From: Desulfatiglandales bacterium
GTDB lineage: Bacteria; Desulfobacterota; DSM-4660; Desulfatiglandales; HGW-15
Length of the DNA: 64,000 bases
Direction: 5' to 3'
Assembly (NCBI GenBank): GCA_963667015.2
Contig: CAXXJJ010000004.1
Location: forward strand, 960,001-1,024,000
Below, piece after piece: positions 19,713-30,600 of this stretch. Position 1 is the first letter of the stretch; each line of letters opens with the position of its first letter. Made by a program: the position numbers and the translations under genes. The notes under the pieces are model-generated. The model ran no database searches, was not told where the DNA came from, and was given only the letters and a program-made list of their open reading frames with translations.

Positions 19713-21740
19713 CTAAGCCCCCAGCTTCCCTCTTTTTTCCATTGTGTCAGCTACCTTCTTCATTCCGTAGCTTTCAAGCCTTTTCCTTGTTGGCCACCCG
19801 TTTTCTTTGTCCCATCCTTCCAGTTTGTAGAAATGGGTTTTAAAGTCTTCCACTCCCTGCCTGTCCAGGTACATTTCAGGTGCCTCATCAGAGCGCCATT
19901 TTCCGTTTTCATATATCGGCACTCCGCCAAAGTATGTCATACAGCCCGCACCGGGTCTGTACATAAAGGGAGCAAACACCTCGGTATTTCGGCTTCTTCC
20001 GTGCATTACCCTGATAGCGCGTTCCATAGTCCATATCTTCTGTCCTATACGCATGGTATCCTCAAAGGAGTCATTCCTGCCGGTCACAGCCTTATAATAT
20101 TTCATCTCTATTTCCGGTGTAATATCCATAATAGAAGGCAGAAACATCTCACAGAATGCCATGGATTCATTCCAGAATGATGCGTAATATCGGGTAAAGG
20201 CCACCTCCTTGGCCTTGTGTTCAGAATAGAGGCCTGTTTTCCATGCCTCTTTACCCTTCCACGCGTAATTGAACATGAAGATATCATCGGTGTAGGGAAT
20301 TGTCTTTTTTGACAGGGCTTCCAGCTTTTTCTCAATGGGTGTCCCGTCCCGTGAAGGTCCAACCGCTCCTACCAGCCCATGCCAGCTTGGATCACCCGCG
20401 CCAAGCAGGTAATTATATGCCCATTCCGCGGTCGGGAGCGTCCAGTGCCCTGTAGCGCCCCAGGCCGGGAAGCGCAGCGCTCCGTTTTCCAGATCTTCTT
20501 CCAGCCTGCCCCATCTCTCTGCGGCATGCAGACAGCCTTCGGCAAGCGCATCTCCTATACCAACCCTTCTGGAAATCGCATCCAGGAAGGCCTTACGAAA
20601 CTGCAGGCTGCCCCACTCTTCCATGGGCAGAGGGGATGAATCGATCTTCTTGCCCGGTCCAAGTTCGCCGATCTCATATAGATATTTTATATACCAGCCA
20701 ATGCCGGTCTCAACAGGCACCTTTTTATGGAAAAAGTCGGGGGCGCCTGGAATATCAGACAGGAAAAGACCCACAAAATGAGCTCCCCAGCCGCTGGCCC
20801 CGTATCTCATAAGTGCCTCGGACGCCAGGTCCTGTTCTCTTGGCTCCGCAGTCTCCAGCCAGAACTGATCCACACACATGCTTTCCCCGCCATAGATGCT
20901 GTTTCTGCGGCGGTCAGCCCTCAGGCACGGGTTGCAGGATGCGGAACCGGGTTTAGCCGGGCCAAAAGATCCTGTCGTAATATTTCCATTGGCCATGTGC
21001 CATAGTCTGGCATCAAGCATTGCACTGGAATCTGCCATCTTTATGCTGTTTGTTCCTATCACACTGATAGCCTTCAATTTCTTTGCCCCGAATACAGCGC
21101 CATGGCCGCCCACGCGGCCGCTGACCCCGCTGCCTGTTATCAGGGCGGCAAGTCTTGACCTTGCTTCACCAACAGGACCAATACACAGGATCTGCGGTAT
21201 TCCGGTGGTATAGGACTTATTCAGTTCCAACCATTCTTCGCCATAACGGGTCCTTCCCCCCACCATTGCGGCTATGCGTTTCTGGGCCTCCCATGTATCA
21301 GTGCCCCAGAGTTCTGTGGCGTCTTCTATTTTTATCTTGTCGTTGATTATATTTATCCACACGGGGCTGTCGGACGTGCCTTCTACAACAATACCGTCCC
21401 ATCCTGCCAGCTTCATCATAGTGGCGAAACGGCCGCCGAAATTTCCGCGGCAGAATTCGCTGGTCGGAAATGTCTCAGGGGACAGACCGCATATGCTTGT
21501 TCTTCCGACACCCGGAACCCCGGTGGCCGCGAGAGTACCGGTCATAATAGGCAGGACATGATGCGGATCAAACGGATCTTTCAGGTCCCATTCACCCGGT
21601 TCCACTGCAAGGTCCCAGAAAATGGCTGCGCCAATGCCATATCCTCCACCGAATTCCGCATATTTTTCAGTATCGATAGTGCTTATTTCTTTAGTAGTGA
21701 GATTTACCAGTGCTATTTTTCCTGTGTATCCATAAGCCAT
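19713..21740 (-). CDS. Aldehyde:ferredoxin oxidoreductase family W/Mo enzyme (YdhV-like), copy 2
   Basis: GYTGKIALVNLT, GNFGGRFATMMKLAGWDGIVV, GAKKLKAI, FYKLEGWD..NGWP. Confidence 0.88.
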   Translation of the reverse strand: MAYGYTGKIALVNLTTKEISTIDTEKYAEFGGGYGIGAAIFWDLAVEPGEWDLKDPFDPHHVLPIMTGTLAATGVPGVGRTSICGLSPETFPTSEFCRGNFGGRFATMMKLAGWDGIVVEGTSDSPVWINIINDKIKIEDATELWGTDTWEAQKRIAAMVGGRTRYGEEWLELNKSYTTGIPQILCIGPVGEARSRLAALITGSGVSGRVGGHGAVFGAKKLKAISVIGTNSIKMADSSAMLDARLWHMANGNITTGSFGPAKPGSASCNPCLRADRRRNSIYGGESMCVDQFWLETAEPREQDLASEALMRYGASGWGAHFVGLFLSDIPGAPDFFHKKVPVETGIGWYIKYLYEIGELGPGKKIDSSPLPMEEWGSLQFRKAFLDAISRRVGIGDALAEGCLHAAERWGRLEEDLENGALRFPAWGATGHWTLPTAEWAYNYLLGAGDPSWHGLVGAVGPSRDGTPIEKKLEALSKKTIPYTDDIFMFNYAWKGKEAWKTGLYSEHKAKEVAFTRYYASFWNESMAFCEMFLPSIMDITPEIEMKYYKAVTGRNDSFEDTMRIGQKIWTMERAIRVMHGRSRNTEVFAPFMYRPGAGCMTYFGGVPIYENGKWRSDEAPEMYLDRQGVEDFKTHFYKLEGWDKENGWPTRKRLESYGMKKVADTMEKRGKLGA

Positions 21741-21762
21741 ATTGTTTCTCCTTTCCTATGAT

Positions 21763-22479
21763 TTAGACAACGGCTTTTTTTGCACCAGGGCCAGGTGGGA
21801 TTTCAGGAGCAGGCGGCGCCATATCAACATCATATCCTTTGACGTCCTCCTGAGTCGGAGCAGTTTTTACCAGCTTCAGGGCCTTTGCCGGACATATTGT
21901 AACGCATGCCGGTTCTCCATCCGGTCCACCCTTCTTATTCCAGTAAGGAGTATCAATACACAGGTCACACTTGGTTGATTTTTTAATATAAGGATTCCAT
22001 ACCGTACGGTGAGGCCTTTGAGGACACATCTGGATACATTTCTTACAGCCGATACATTTATCTGTATCAATAACACGGACATTTCCATGTTCAATATCTA
22101 TATGTGCGGCCCCGGTAGGGCAGTTTTCAACACAAAGTGGCGTAACACACTGCCTGCAGAGAGCCAATACTATATCATTAGGATAGGTCGTAAATGATGG
22201 AGCATCACGGATGATCTGTATACGTGACAATGAGGGATTTGCCTCTCCATAATGTGCTGAAGAACATGCAAACATGCAGCTCTGGCATCCCCAGCATACT
22301 CTGCTGTCGTAAACAATATATGCCTCTGATTTGGGAAAAGAATTTTTTGAGGACGTTTTGGCTGTGACCGGAGTGCCGGCAGCTATCGCTCCTGCTGCAA
22401 GTGCAGCACCGCTTCCTACAAGAAACTGTCGCCGGTTCATTTCCTTTTTCTTTTGATTTATTTTTTCAGAATCAGCCAT
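21763..22479 (-). CDS. Tat-signal 4Fe-4S dicluster protein, copy 2
   Basis: NRRQFL twin-arginine motif and four Cys clusters. Confidence 0.88.
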   Translation of the reverse strand: MADSEKINQKKKEMNRRQFLVGSGAALAAGAIAAGTPVTAKTSSKNSFPKSEAYIVYDSRVCWGCQSCMFACSSAHYGEANPSLSRIQIIRDAPSFTTYPNDIVLALCRQCVTPLCVENCPTGAAHIDIEHGNVRVIDTDKCIGCKKCIQMCPQRPHRTVWNPYIKKSTKCDLCIDTPYWNKKGGPDGEPACVTICPAKALKLVKTAPTQEDVKGYDVDMAPPAPEIPPGPGAKKAVV

Positions 22480-23029
22480 CAAGCATTCTCCTTTTACTTG
22501 ATCTTCACCTTTAATAATCTCTAAAACTTACAATTCTTTTTTTTTAAAAGACATCATCACACCTTGTATCATAATCGATATAACTCATTTCAAAAAAAAT
22601 ATACCGGTTAAGTATATTGCAGATTGTTACACCCTTATATCGATCTCGACATAAGTGTCAATAAAAAAATGCAATATCATAATAACCGGCCAAAATAAGC
22701 ATTTTTACAACTTTTCTATTTCAATTTATTTTCTTATTTATGTTTTTATTAACATATCAATCATTTTAGATTATTTTGATTTTTGCTAAAAATACCATAT
22801 GTCATTTTTGATATATTTTAATTGACAATAAATAATTTATTAATCTATGTTTACCGGGTTACTCGCCCATAAATACATAGATGTTCTTTATACCGGAATA
22901 AAATTCCAGCGAGACTAATAAGCACAAAATCCTATTAATAAAATGGGAAGTAAGATAATACCCTCACTTATATCATTTTCGATATAAGTGAAAATGAGAA
23001 ATAAGATTAAATCAATCAGGAGAAAACAT

Positions 23030-24496
23030 ATGAAAGAATTAAAGATGTTGATAAACGGTGAATTAGTTGATGCCGTATCAGGCAAGACATACCCGGTAAT
23101 TAACCCTGCGACTGAGGAAACAGTTACAGATCTACCCCTTGGAGGGGAAGAAGAAGTAAATATGGCTGTGGAAGCAGCAAAAAAGGCATTTTCAATATGG
23201 TCAAAAGTTCCTGTTGCCGAAAGGTGCCGACTTGTAAAGGAACTGGCCGGGGCGATCAGGGAGAATGCGGAAGATCTTGGAAAACTTGATGTACTTGACC
23301 ATGGAACGCCTGCACAAACCGCATTTTTTATGGCCATGGGTTCAGCCGCAAGTCTTGATTTTGCCGCAGATACCGCAAGAACAATGATGAGTGAAATGAT
23401 CCCTGCATCAGGCAACACCCTTACATATACAAGAAAAGAACCTGCTGGAGTTGTTGCCCTTATCACCCCCTGGAACGCCCCGTTGATGATGATCTGTGAT
23501 AAGCTTGGAGGCATTCTGGCCACAGGAAATACATGCGTGATAAAACCGCCCAGCATTGATTCACTTGAAGCACTCAAACTTGCGGAGATTATCTCTAATT
23601 TGGATTTTCCACCCGGTACTGTAAATATAATAACAGGTCCCGGAGGACTGGTTGGCAATATGCTCTCATCACATCCAGATGTAGATATGGTCGCATTTAC
23701 AGGCAGTTGTGAAACCGGAAAGGTTATTATCGAAAATGCCGGCAAAACAGTGAAAAAGATGGGTATGGAGCTGGGAGGGAAAAATCCCTATATTATACTG
23801 GAAGATGCGGACCTGGATGTAGCGGTTGAGAAGCTTGTAAGGTCCCAGTATATAAATACCGGAATGATATGCGCAGCACCCGGAAGAATATATGTTCATG
23901 AAAAAATATATGATGAATTTGTTAAAAGATTCGTTGAAGGATCCAGAAATATAACCGCCGGTGACCCGAATGACCCGAAGACCTTTATGGGGCCTGTTGT
24001 AAGCGCGGAACATAGAGATAAGGTAGAAAGCCTTATCAGATCCGGAATAGATGAAGGAGCAACCCTTCTGCTTGGAGGAAAAAGGCCTACCGAACCTCCT
24101 CTTGACAGGGGTTACTATGTATTACCCACCGTATTCAGCAATGTCACACCCGAAATGACAATCTACCGTGAAGAAATATTCGGTCCTGTTGCGTGTATTG
24201 TGAAATTTTCCTCTGAAGATGAAGTAATAAAAGCCGCCAATGACAATGTTTTTGGACTCTGTGCTGCAGTATATACGAGGGATGCGGCAAAGGGCATCAG
24301 GTTTGCCAATGAACTTCAGGCAGGTACGGTCTGGATTAATGAGGGGCTTGCAGCATCAACCGATCTTCCCTGGGGAGGATATAAGGAAAGCGGATTTGGC
24401 AAGGTAAGCGGCGTTCATGGGGTCCATGAATTTACACAGGAAAAACTCATTTGGGTCGACATGTTTAATGGGAAAATGCAGCAGATGCCGGGTTAA
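23030..24496 (+). CDS. NAD(P)-dependent aldehyde dehydrogenase
   Basis: ITPWNAP, FTGS, MELGGKNP, catalytic Cys in GMICAA, EEIFGPV, PWGGYKESGFG; AGGAG RBS. Confidence 0.95.
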   Translation: MKELKMLINGELVDAVSGKTYPVINPATEETVTDLPLGGEEEVNMAVEAAKKAFSIWSKVPVAERCRLVKELAGAIRENAEDLGKLDVLDHGTPAQTAFFMAMGSAASLDFAADTARTMMSEMIPASGNTLTYTRKEPAGVVALITPWNAPLMMICDKLGGILATGNTCVIKPPSIDSLEALKLAEIISNLDFPPGTVNIITGPGGLVGNMLSSHPDVDMVAFTGSCETGKVIIENAGKTVKKMGMELGGKNPYIILEDADLDVAVEKLVRSQYINTGMICAAPGRIYVHEKIYDEFVKRFVEGSRNITAGDPNDPKTFMGPVVSAEHRDKVESLIRSGIDEGATLLLGGKRPTEPPLDRGYYVLPTVFSNVTPEMTIYREEIFGPVACIVKFSSEDEVIKAANDNVFGLCAAVYTRDAAKGIRFANELQAGTVWINEGLAASTDLPWGGYKESGFGKVSGVHGVHEFTQEKLIWVDMFNGKMQQMPG

Positions 24497-24529
24497 GTTT
24501 TTTAATTTTAGGTATAAAAGGAGATAAAT

Positions 24530-25369
24530 TTGGAATTTAAAGGAAAAACAGCCGTTGTAACAGGTTCATCAGGTGGCATTGGTCGCAGCATAGCAATTCT
24601 GCTTGCAAAGGAGGGTGTGGACATAGTCCTTGCCTCACGTAACGTGCCAAATATGGAAGAGGTTAAAGGTAAAATAGAGGAACTCGGCAAAAAAGCCCTT
24701 GTTGTTGCCTGCGACATGGCAAAGGATGAAGACGTTATTTCTATGAAGGATCAGGCAATAGCCGAATTCGGTAATATTGATATCCTCATCAATAATGCCG
24801 CAGTAGGAGTACGCGGCACACTGGACAAAATACCCCTTGAAGACTGGAAATTTATCATCAACACAAACCTTATGGGCTATATTCGAAACATACATGCCTT
24901 TATGCCCCACTTTATCAAAAGAGGCAGCGGTTATATAGTTAATGTTTCGTCAATACAGGCCCTTATATATACAGCAGAAATGTTAGGTATCCCCTATATA
25001 ACAACAAAGGCCGGGATTATCGGTTTAACAGAATCGCTTTATGGCTACCTCGGGCAGTCCGGCATCAGGGTTTCATGCCTGGTTCCCGGCGGAGTAAGGA
25101 CAAATATCAGCGAGAATTCAAAGTATGTAGGAACAGAAGAAGAAAAAAGCAGGATGAAAAAGGATACTGAAGAATTCTTTAAAATGCCCTTTTTCCTTTC
25201 GGCCGATCAGCTGGCAGAAGGCTTCCTTGAAGGAATGAAAAGAGAAGAATATATAATTATGGTTCCGGATATGCATGACAAATGTAAAGAACAGGGAAGA
25301 AATATAATGAAGCTGAATGAATTTATGAAAAATTCCCTTACAAAAACAGGTCATAGAATTGAATACTGA
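24530..25369 (+). CDS. Short-chain dehydrogenase/reductase
   Basis: TGSSGGIG, NNAA, YITTK; TTG start after AGGAG. Confidence 0.92.
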   Translation: MEFKGKTAVVTGSSGGIGRSIAILLAKEGVDIVLASRNVPNMEEVKGKIEELGKKALVVACDMAKDEDVISMKDQAIAEFGNIDILINNAAVGVRGTLDKIPLEDWKFIINTNLMGYIRNIHAFMPHFIKRGSGYIVNVSSIQALIYTAEMLGIPYITTKAGIIGLTESLYGYLGQSGIRVSCLVPGGVRTNISENSKYVGTEEEKSRMKKDTEEFFKMPFFLSADQLAEGFLEGMKREEYIIMVPDMHDKCKEQGRNIMKLNEFMKNSLTKTGHRIEY

Positions 25370-25575
25370 ATATTTGTTCACAAAATTATTGGCTATACGT
25401 GATGCCGTCCAGATATTTTCGCTGTTAAAATTCAGGATTTTAGCATCAAACCCGAGTATTTTTTCTATTAATTTCATTACCCTGTTAACCTTTTCTTTAA
25501 TGGATGTTGGTTACAATCCATCCTTCCAATGGTTTAATTCGAGTGTTCCACCTTTTTTGTAAGAGGACCGTTTAT

Positions 25576-25662
25576 TTACATTTCATTTCTCAATTTAAAT
25601 CCTGGCGGCGGAATAAATTCTCCAGTTGGCGGATCGTACATATATATCCAGTAACCCGGCAT
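25576..25662 (-). pseudogene. 28-aa remnant resembling the C-terminus of the M56 protein
   Basis: MPGYWIYMYDPPTGEFIPPPGFKLRNEM versus LNMYDPPTGKFHAPVGLKLK at the end of 27604-32001. Confidence 0.5.
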
Positions 25663-25742
25663 TATTAAATGCAGAAGTTAAATCATGATTTTATTTATAA
25701 AGTGGCAGTTCTCTTTCACAGTCATCCTGCCACAGCCTTTCT

Positions 25743-26711
25743 TTAATTTCCAACTGTATCACCACTGCATTTTTCAGCTTTTTGGGCCAACTCCAATCCC
25801 CTGCAGTCGCCCAGGTCACAGGCCTTTTTAATATCAAGGCACATGTTTTCAGTGTCTTTAAGTTTATTATAGGCAACTGCTCTATTGTTATAGGCCTGTA
25901 AAAAGCTCTTATCCAGTTCAATTACCTTTGTATAATCTGCGACTGCTTCGCTGTATTTACCCAGGTTCCTGAAGGCATCTCCTCTGGCAAAATAGGCCTC
26001 CGGCATTTCAGGCTCTATTTTAATTGCGCCATCGAAATCTTTAATAGCCTTTTTATAATCCTTCAGCACACTGTAGGCATCGCCTCTCAGTTTGTAGAGC
26101 AGAGCAATTTTTCCGGATCTTTTTATAGCCTCATTAAAGTCCTTGATTGCCTTTTCATATTCCTTCAAATTCATGTACGCTATGCCCCTTCCGGAATATC
26201 CGGGGCCGTATTTTTTACTTATTTTTATTGCTTCAGAGAATGCCTTGACAGCATTATCATATTCCCCGACCTTAATAAATTTAAAGCCTTTTTGGGCTGC
26301 TTCATATGCATCGTATGGTGTTTTAGCTCCGGCCACACTAAACTTCATTGGCAATTTAACATAACAGTCGACGGGTTCTCCATTTTTGGTGGCGGGTTTA
26401 AATCTATATTGTTTTGCCGCTTCCAGGGCTGAAGCGTCAAAAACTCCTTCAGGAACAGCCGTTACAACGTTGGGATCTCTTACCCCGCCATCTTTATTGA
26501 CTATAAACCCTAAAACAACACGGCCTTCTACACCTTGAATCTGCATTTCCAAAGGATATCTCGGTGGGACTGCAATAATAACCCTGGGAGGTGTACTTAC
26601 CTCATCCAACCTGAATACTTTCTCTTGAGAATTTGAATCATCAGATGCGTAGGATATGTTCTGCATAAGAGATGCAAAAAGAATCAGCACAATCAACAAA
26701 TGTCTTTTCAT
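25743..26711 (-). CDS. TonB C-terminal domain + TPR repeat protein
   Basis: PRYP...GVEGRVVLGFIVNKDG.V...FKPA.KNGEPV, followed by TPRs ending ACDLG. Confidence 0.85.
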   Translation of the reverse strand: MKRHLLIVLILFASLMQNISYASDDSNSQEKVFRLDEVSTPPRVIIAVPPRYPLEMQIQGVEGRVVLGFIVNKDGGVRDPNVVTAVPEGVFDASALEAAKQYRFKPATKNGEPVDCYVKLPMKFSVAGAKTPYDAYEAAQKGFKFIKVGEYDNAVKAFSEAIKISKKYGPGYSGRGIAYMNLKEYEKAIKDFNEAIKRSGKIALLYKLRGDAYSVLKDYKKAIKDFDGAIKIEPEMPEAYFARGDAFRNLGKYSEAVADYTKVIELDKSFLQAYNNRAVAYNKLKDTENMCLDIKKACDLGDCRGLELAQKAEKCSGDTVGN

Positions 26712-26772
26712 AGTATCTTCTCCATTTTAAATTTAACTATTCACAGTTGAATTGATATATTAATGAAGCATG

Positions 26773-27453
26773 TTAAAAAATATCCGTCCACGGGATATCT
26801 CTTTTGTATGATTCCAGCCGCTTTACATACCCGTCCAGATTATCCGATCTACCTTCTTCTTTCAATAACTGTATAGCCTTTTCCTGGCTCTCAACTGCCG
26901 TATCAAAATCTCCGGCTTCAGCATAAGCTGCAGCAAGTGTGTTAAGCACCTGTGGTTCAAGGACAATATGATAACCTGCTCTTTTTCCAAACCCGACTGC
27001 TTTTTCTGCAAACGCCACAGCCTTTGATCCGTCACGATATTTTTCATCGCTGCAGGTGGCAAGCAACCAGGCAAGATCATGATATGCTGGAGGGTAGCTG
27101 TTAAGCCTTATCGCCTTGATATACTCTTTGATAGCCAAATCATACTGTTTTTTCAAATAATAAACAGATCCTCTTTCCCGGTAATAGTTTGAATCAGGAT
27201 TTAACTCTATTGCCTTATTAAGATCATCAACAGCAAGATCATATTCTTTTTGCTGTTTATATAATGCTGCTCTATGAAAATAGGCGTCATAGTTTATCGG
27301 ATTTATTTTAATTGCCCTGTTATAGTCCGCAAGAGCCTGCTCATAGTTTTCCTCAACAAAATGGGAATAGCCACCGTTTCTATAGGAGTATGTATTACAT
27401 CCGGGAAGAATAAAGATAGCCAGTAACACAGAACAGTAAAATCTAATTTTCAT
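26773..27453 (-). CDS. TPR repeat lipoprotein
   Basis: Lipobox ILPGC, TPRs, LAWLLATC...RDG, TLAAAYAEAGDF; start at ATG 27453 after GAGG. Confidence 0.8.
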   Translation of the reverse strand: MKIRFYCSVLLAIFILPGCNTYSYRNGGYSHFVEENYEQALADYNRAIKINPINYDAYFHRAALYKQQKEYDLAVDDLNKAIELNPDSNYYRERGSVYYLKKQYDLAIKEYIKAIRLNSYPPAYHDLAWLLATCSDEKYRDGSKAVAFAEKAVGFGKRAGYHIVLEPQVLNTLAAAYAEAGDFDTAVESQEKAIQLLKEEGRSDNLDGYVKRLESYKRDIPWTDIF

Positions 27454-27603
27454 AAACCGCCTCAACAATGTAAATGGGACCGGGAGGGGGAAAACACTTC
27501 CCCTCCCCTTTCCCAGTTTCCTCAAAGGGAGGGTTATTGAGGAAACATTATCGTTCAGACAGAACTGAACATTCGACAAATGAATGAGGTACTATAACTA
27601 TTA

Positions 27604-30600
27604 TTAATGATGTTGGGTTAACCCAACCGACCCGCTATTATATTTTATTTTCAGTTTTAACCCTACCGGAGCATGAAATTTCCCGGTTGGAGGATCATAC
27701 ATATTTAGATAAACCTTGATTGGCTCGCTTAAACCCTCATAGGTAACTTCATAGATGTCCAGTGCTGCAAATGGTGAGTTCGGTGTTTCAAAAGCACAGC
27801 AACTGCCCAGTCTTTTGTATTTTATTTTTTCACCATTGGGTCCGCACAGCAGGTCTAAGTAATCACGTTCACCCTTTGGCCCTCCTCCGGTTTTAATTGC
27901 AGTGTCTTCAGTCAATCCGTAATTGTTCGGTATCGATTCTTCTTTAAAAGTAATGGTCGTATTTCCGTCGATTGTTACAGTTTTTCGTCCGTTATACTTG
28001 TAATCTTCATTAGATTGCTCCCCCTTCCACACATTGCAGTAAACAGTAAGAACTGTCCCTCCTTCGAAAAAAGTATCTTTGCCATTCATATGCAGGGTGA
28101 TGCTTTTCTTTCCGGCATTATCTAGAACAAGTAAATCCGACACTGCTCGATTTACGTTGTTTATATCGACAGCATTTGATCCGGCGTTAAGGCCGGAAAA
28201 ATGTGGCAGATCAACGACAACCTTCAACGTTCCTCCTTTTAGGCCGCCATCAGTCGAACGGCCTGTCATACTACCCAAATCTTCTCCAATTTCTTTTTGA
28301 CTTTCCTCCGTGATGGATACTTTTTTGCCGTTTATCCGCGGAGCCGTGATTGCTACATTGTTCTGGATAAACAGAAGATGTGATACTTTTCCACTCACAT
28401 CTTTAATAAATTCCAGCCGGGTATCTATTATATTATCAAAAAATAGTTTTTCTGATTCCGGTAACAGAGCCTTTAGCATTAAGCCGGGAAACTGCGCAAA
28501 CAACTGATTGTTTTCCATAGTAATCATAAGGTTAAGGTCCGGGTTCATTTTATAGGTACCTACATACTGGGACAGGGTATCGGCCGTTAATGTTACAGTG
28601 TTTCCATCAGTAACTTTATCACTTGTTCGAACCGCTTTTTTTTCAACACCATCCTGTGTCAGTATCAGGTGAGTAATATTTCCGCTTTCATCTTTAAAAA
28701 ATTCTACTTCTGTATTCGATTTATTGTTAACAAATTTCATATTTGATTCATTAAGCAGGGCGACAACACCCTGACCGGTCAACTGGCTGATAAGTCGATT
28801 ATTCAATAGGCTGATTATGATATTCGTATCAGGATTCAATTTATAGGTGCCGGTATATTGAGAAAGAATTTCACCAGGAAGAACATGTATGATTTTCCGA
28901 TTTTCAATTGGAAGATTATTCATGTTCCTCATTGGAATTTGATTCGCAGTAATCTTGAAGCTCGTGACATACCTTTCAAATGTTTGCAGATTTTCATTAT
29001 AAGTATTTATATGACTGTTGTAACGAATACGGTAAAATACTGAGTTACCTTGAATAATATAGTCCTTCTCTCTTTTTATAATATCCCTGAAATTGTACTC
29101 ATAAACGGCATAATATGATTTGCGGCCATCAATGGTTGTTGTACCGCTTGATTCTATTTTAAAATTTTTATAATCATATTTTTTCTGCATACCATCAATC
29201 CAGCCCCTGAATATCTCTGCCGGGTGTAAACCGTTCCCATCAGGGACAGGAATACGCCCCACATATATTGTTGTTAATTTAGACGGAAGATTGAATGCCA
29301 TATCATTAAACGGTTCAGCTGATATTTTTTCCCATCCCTCTCCGGGAGATGGATCAATAGTATAATTGATTTCCTTTGGATAAAAAGTTCCCTGGGTTGT
29401 TTGACGTGGGGAAGAGCCTTGTTCCAGTCTCCTTTGCATTGCAATAAGCTTATTTTTTATATCATTAGCGAATGCCGGGGGAAGTGATCTGTCTTTTCCT
29501 GGGCTTCTTGCTTCAATAAGGCTCAATGTTTTCATGCAGTATTTTTTAGCCTCTTCAAATTGCTGCATGCTCTCATAGCAAAGAGCCATATAAAAATTGC
29601 CTGTAACATGATTCCTGTCCAGCTCGATAGACTGTTTAAAGTCTTCCAGCGCTGAGGCATATTCACGGAGGGGTGTTCTTTTTATGGCTCCCCGGTCAAT
29701 ATATAATTGCGGATTTTTAGGTTTTTTTATTATCGCCATGGTTAAATATTCAATGGCTTTCCTGTAGTCTCCATTCATACGGGCTATACTTGCAAGTTCT
29801 TCATAATTAGCAGGGCCGTAAGGATCGGACTCAATACTCATTTTGAAATCAGCCTCTGCCAGATCAGACTTCCTTAATTTTTCTGCGTATAATTTTCCTC
29901 TCTTGCTTAACGCATCGGGGTTACCCGGTTCAATTGTCAGAATTTCACTATAGAGCTCAATCGCCTGGCCATAATTTCCCTTTAGTCGTTCTATCTCTGC
30001 AAGTTTGCTTCTAATTGAAGTTGAGTCAGTAAATATTTTCAGGGTTCGTTGAACAACATCTTCTATTCTTTTTGTTATTAGGGGATCGCTGAAGTAATCA
30101 CTCTTATTCTCGGCGCCCCTATAATTTTCTATTATGTAATCCAGCATTATTTCATGAATGATACTTTTTTGGGGAGCGTTTTCATAACAATGTTCTGCAA
30201 AGGCTTTATCCTTTTCTTTTGTGCCATACCATTTGGGCCTTATAAAGTTCTGTTTTCTGGCATAGGCAGAATACGCGATCGGGTCAACAGCTACTGCCCT
30301 TTTAAACCAAATATCCATCTCTTCTTCACCCAAACCTAATCCAAGACATACTGTAATCATGTGGACTGAACAGTTCGGGTCTTCGGGGTTTATGGAGTAG
30401 GCTTTCTCAAGATCATTTTTTGCAAGTTCAAGATTTTCCCTGAACTTTCTCCTGCCTTCGTCTGTGACAGTATATCCAAGACCATGTCCTCGATGTTTCC
30501 ATGCCTCAGAGATGTAAAAATTCCCTCTAAATATAAAAGATGCCTGGTGGGAATCCTCTTCTGCACACCATTTGTCAAGCATGTCAGGGCTCTCTAATCT

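Noticed and set aside
22915..23745. 276-aa minus-strand ORF and similar long antisense ORFs (e.g. 43679-44374, 52014-52673)
   Set aside because: Shadows of well-supported genes on the opposite strand
25370..25560. Short ORFs on either strand after the SDR
   Set aside because: No recognisable motifs, and they overlap the SDR 3' end
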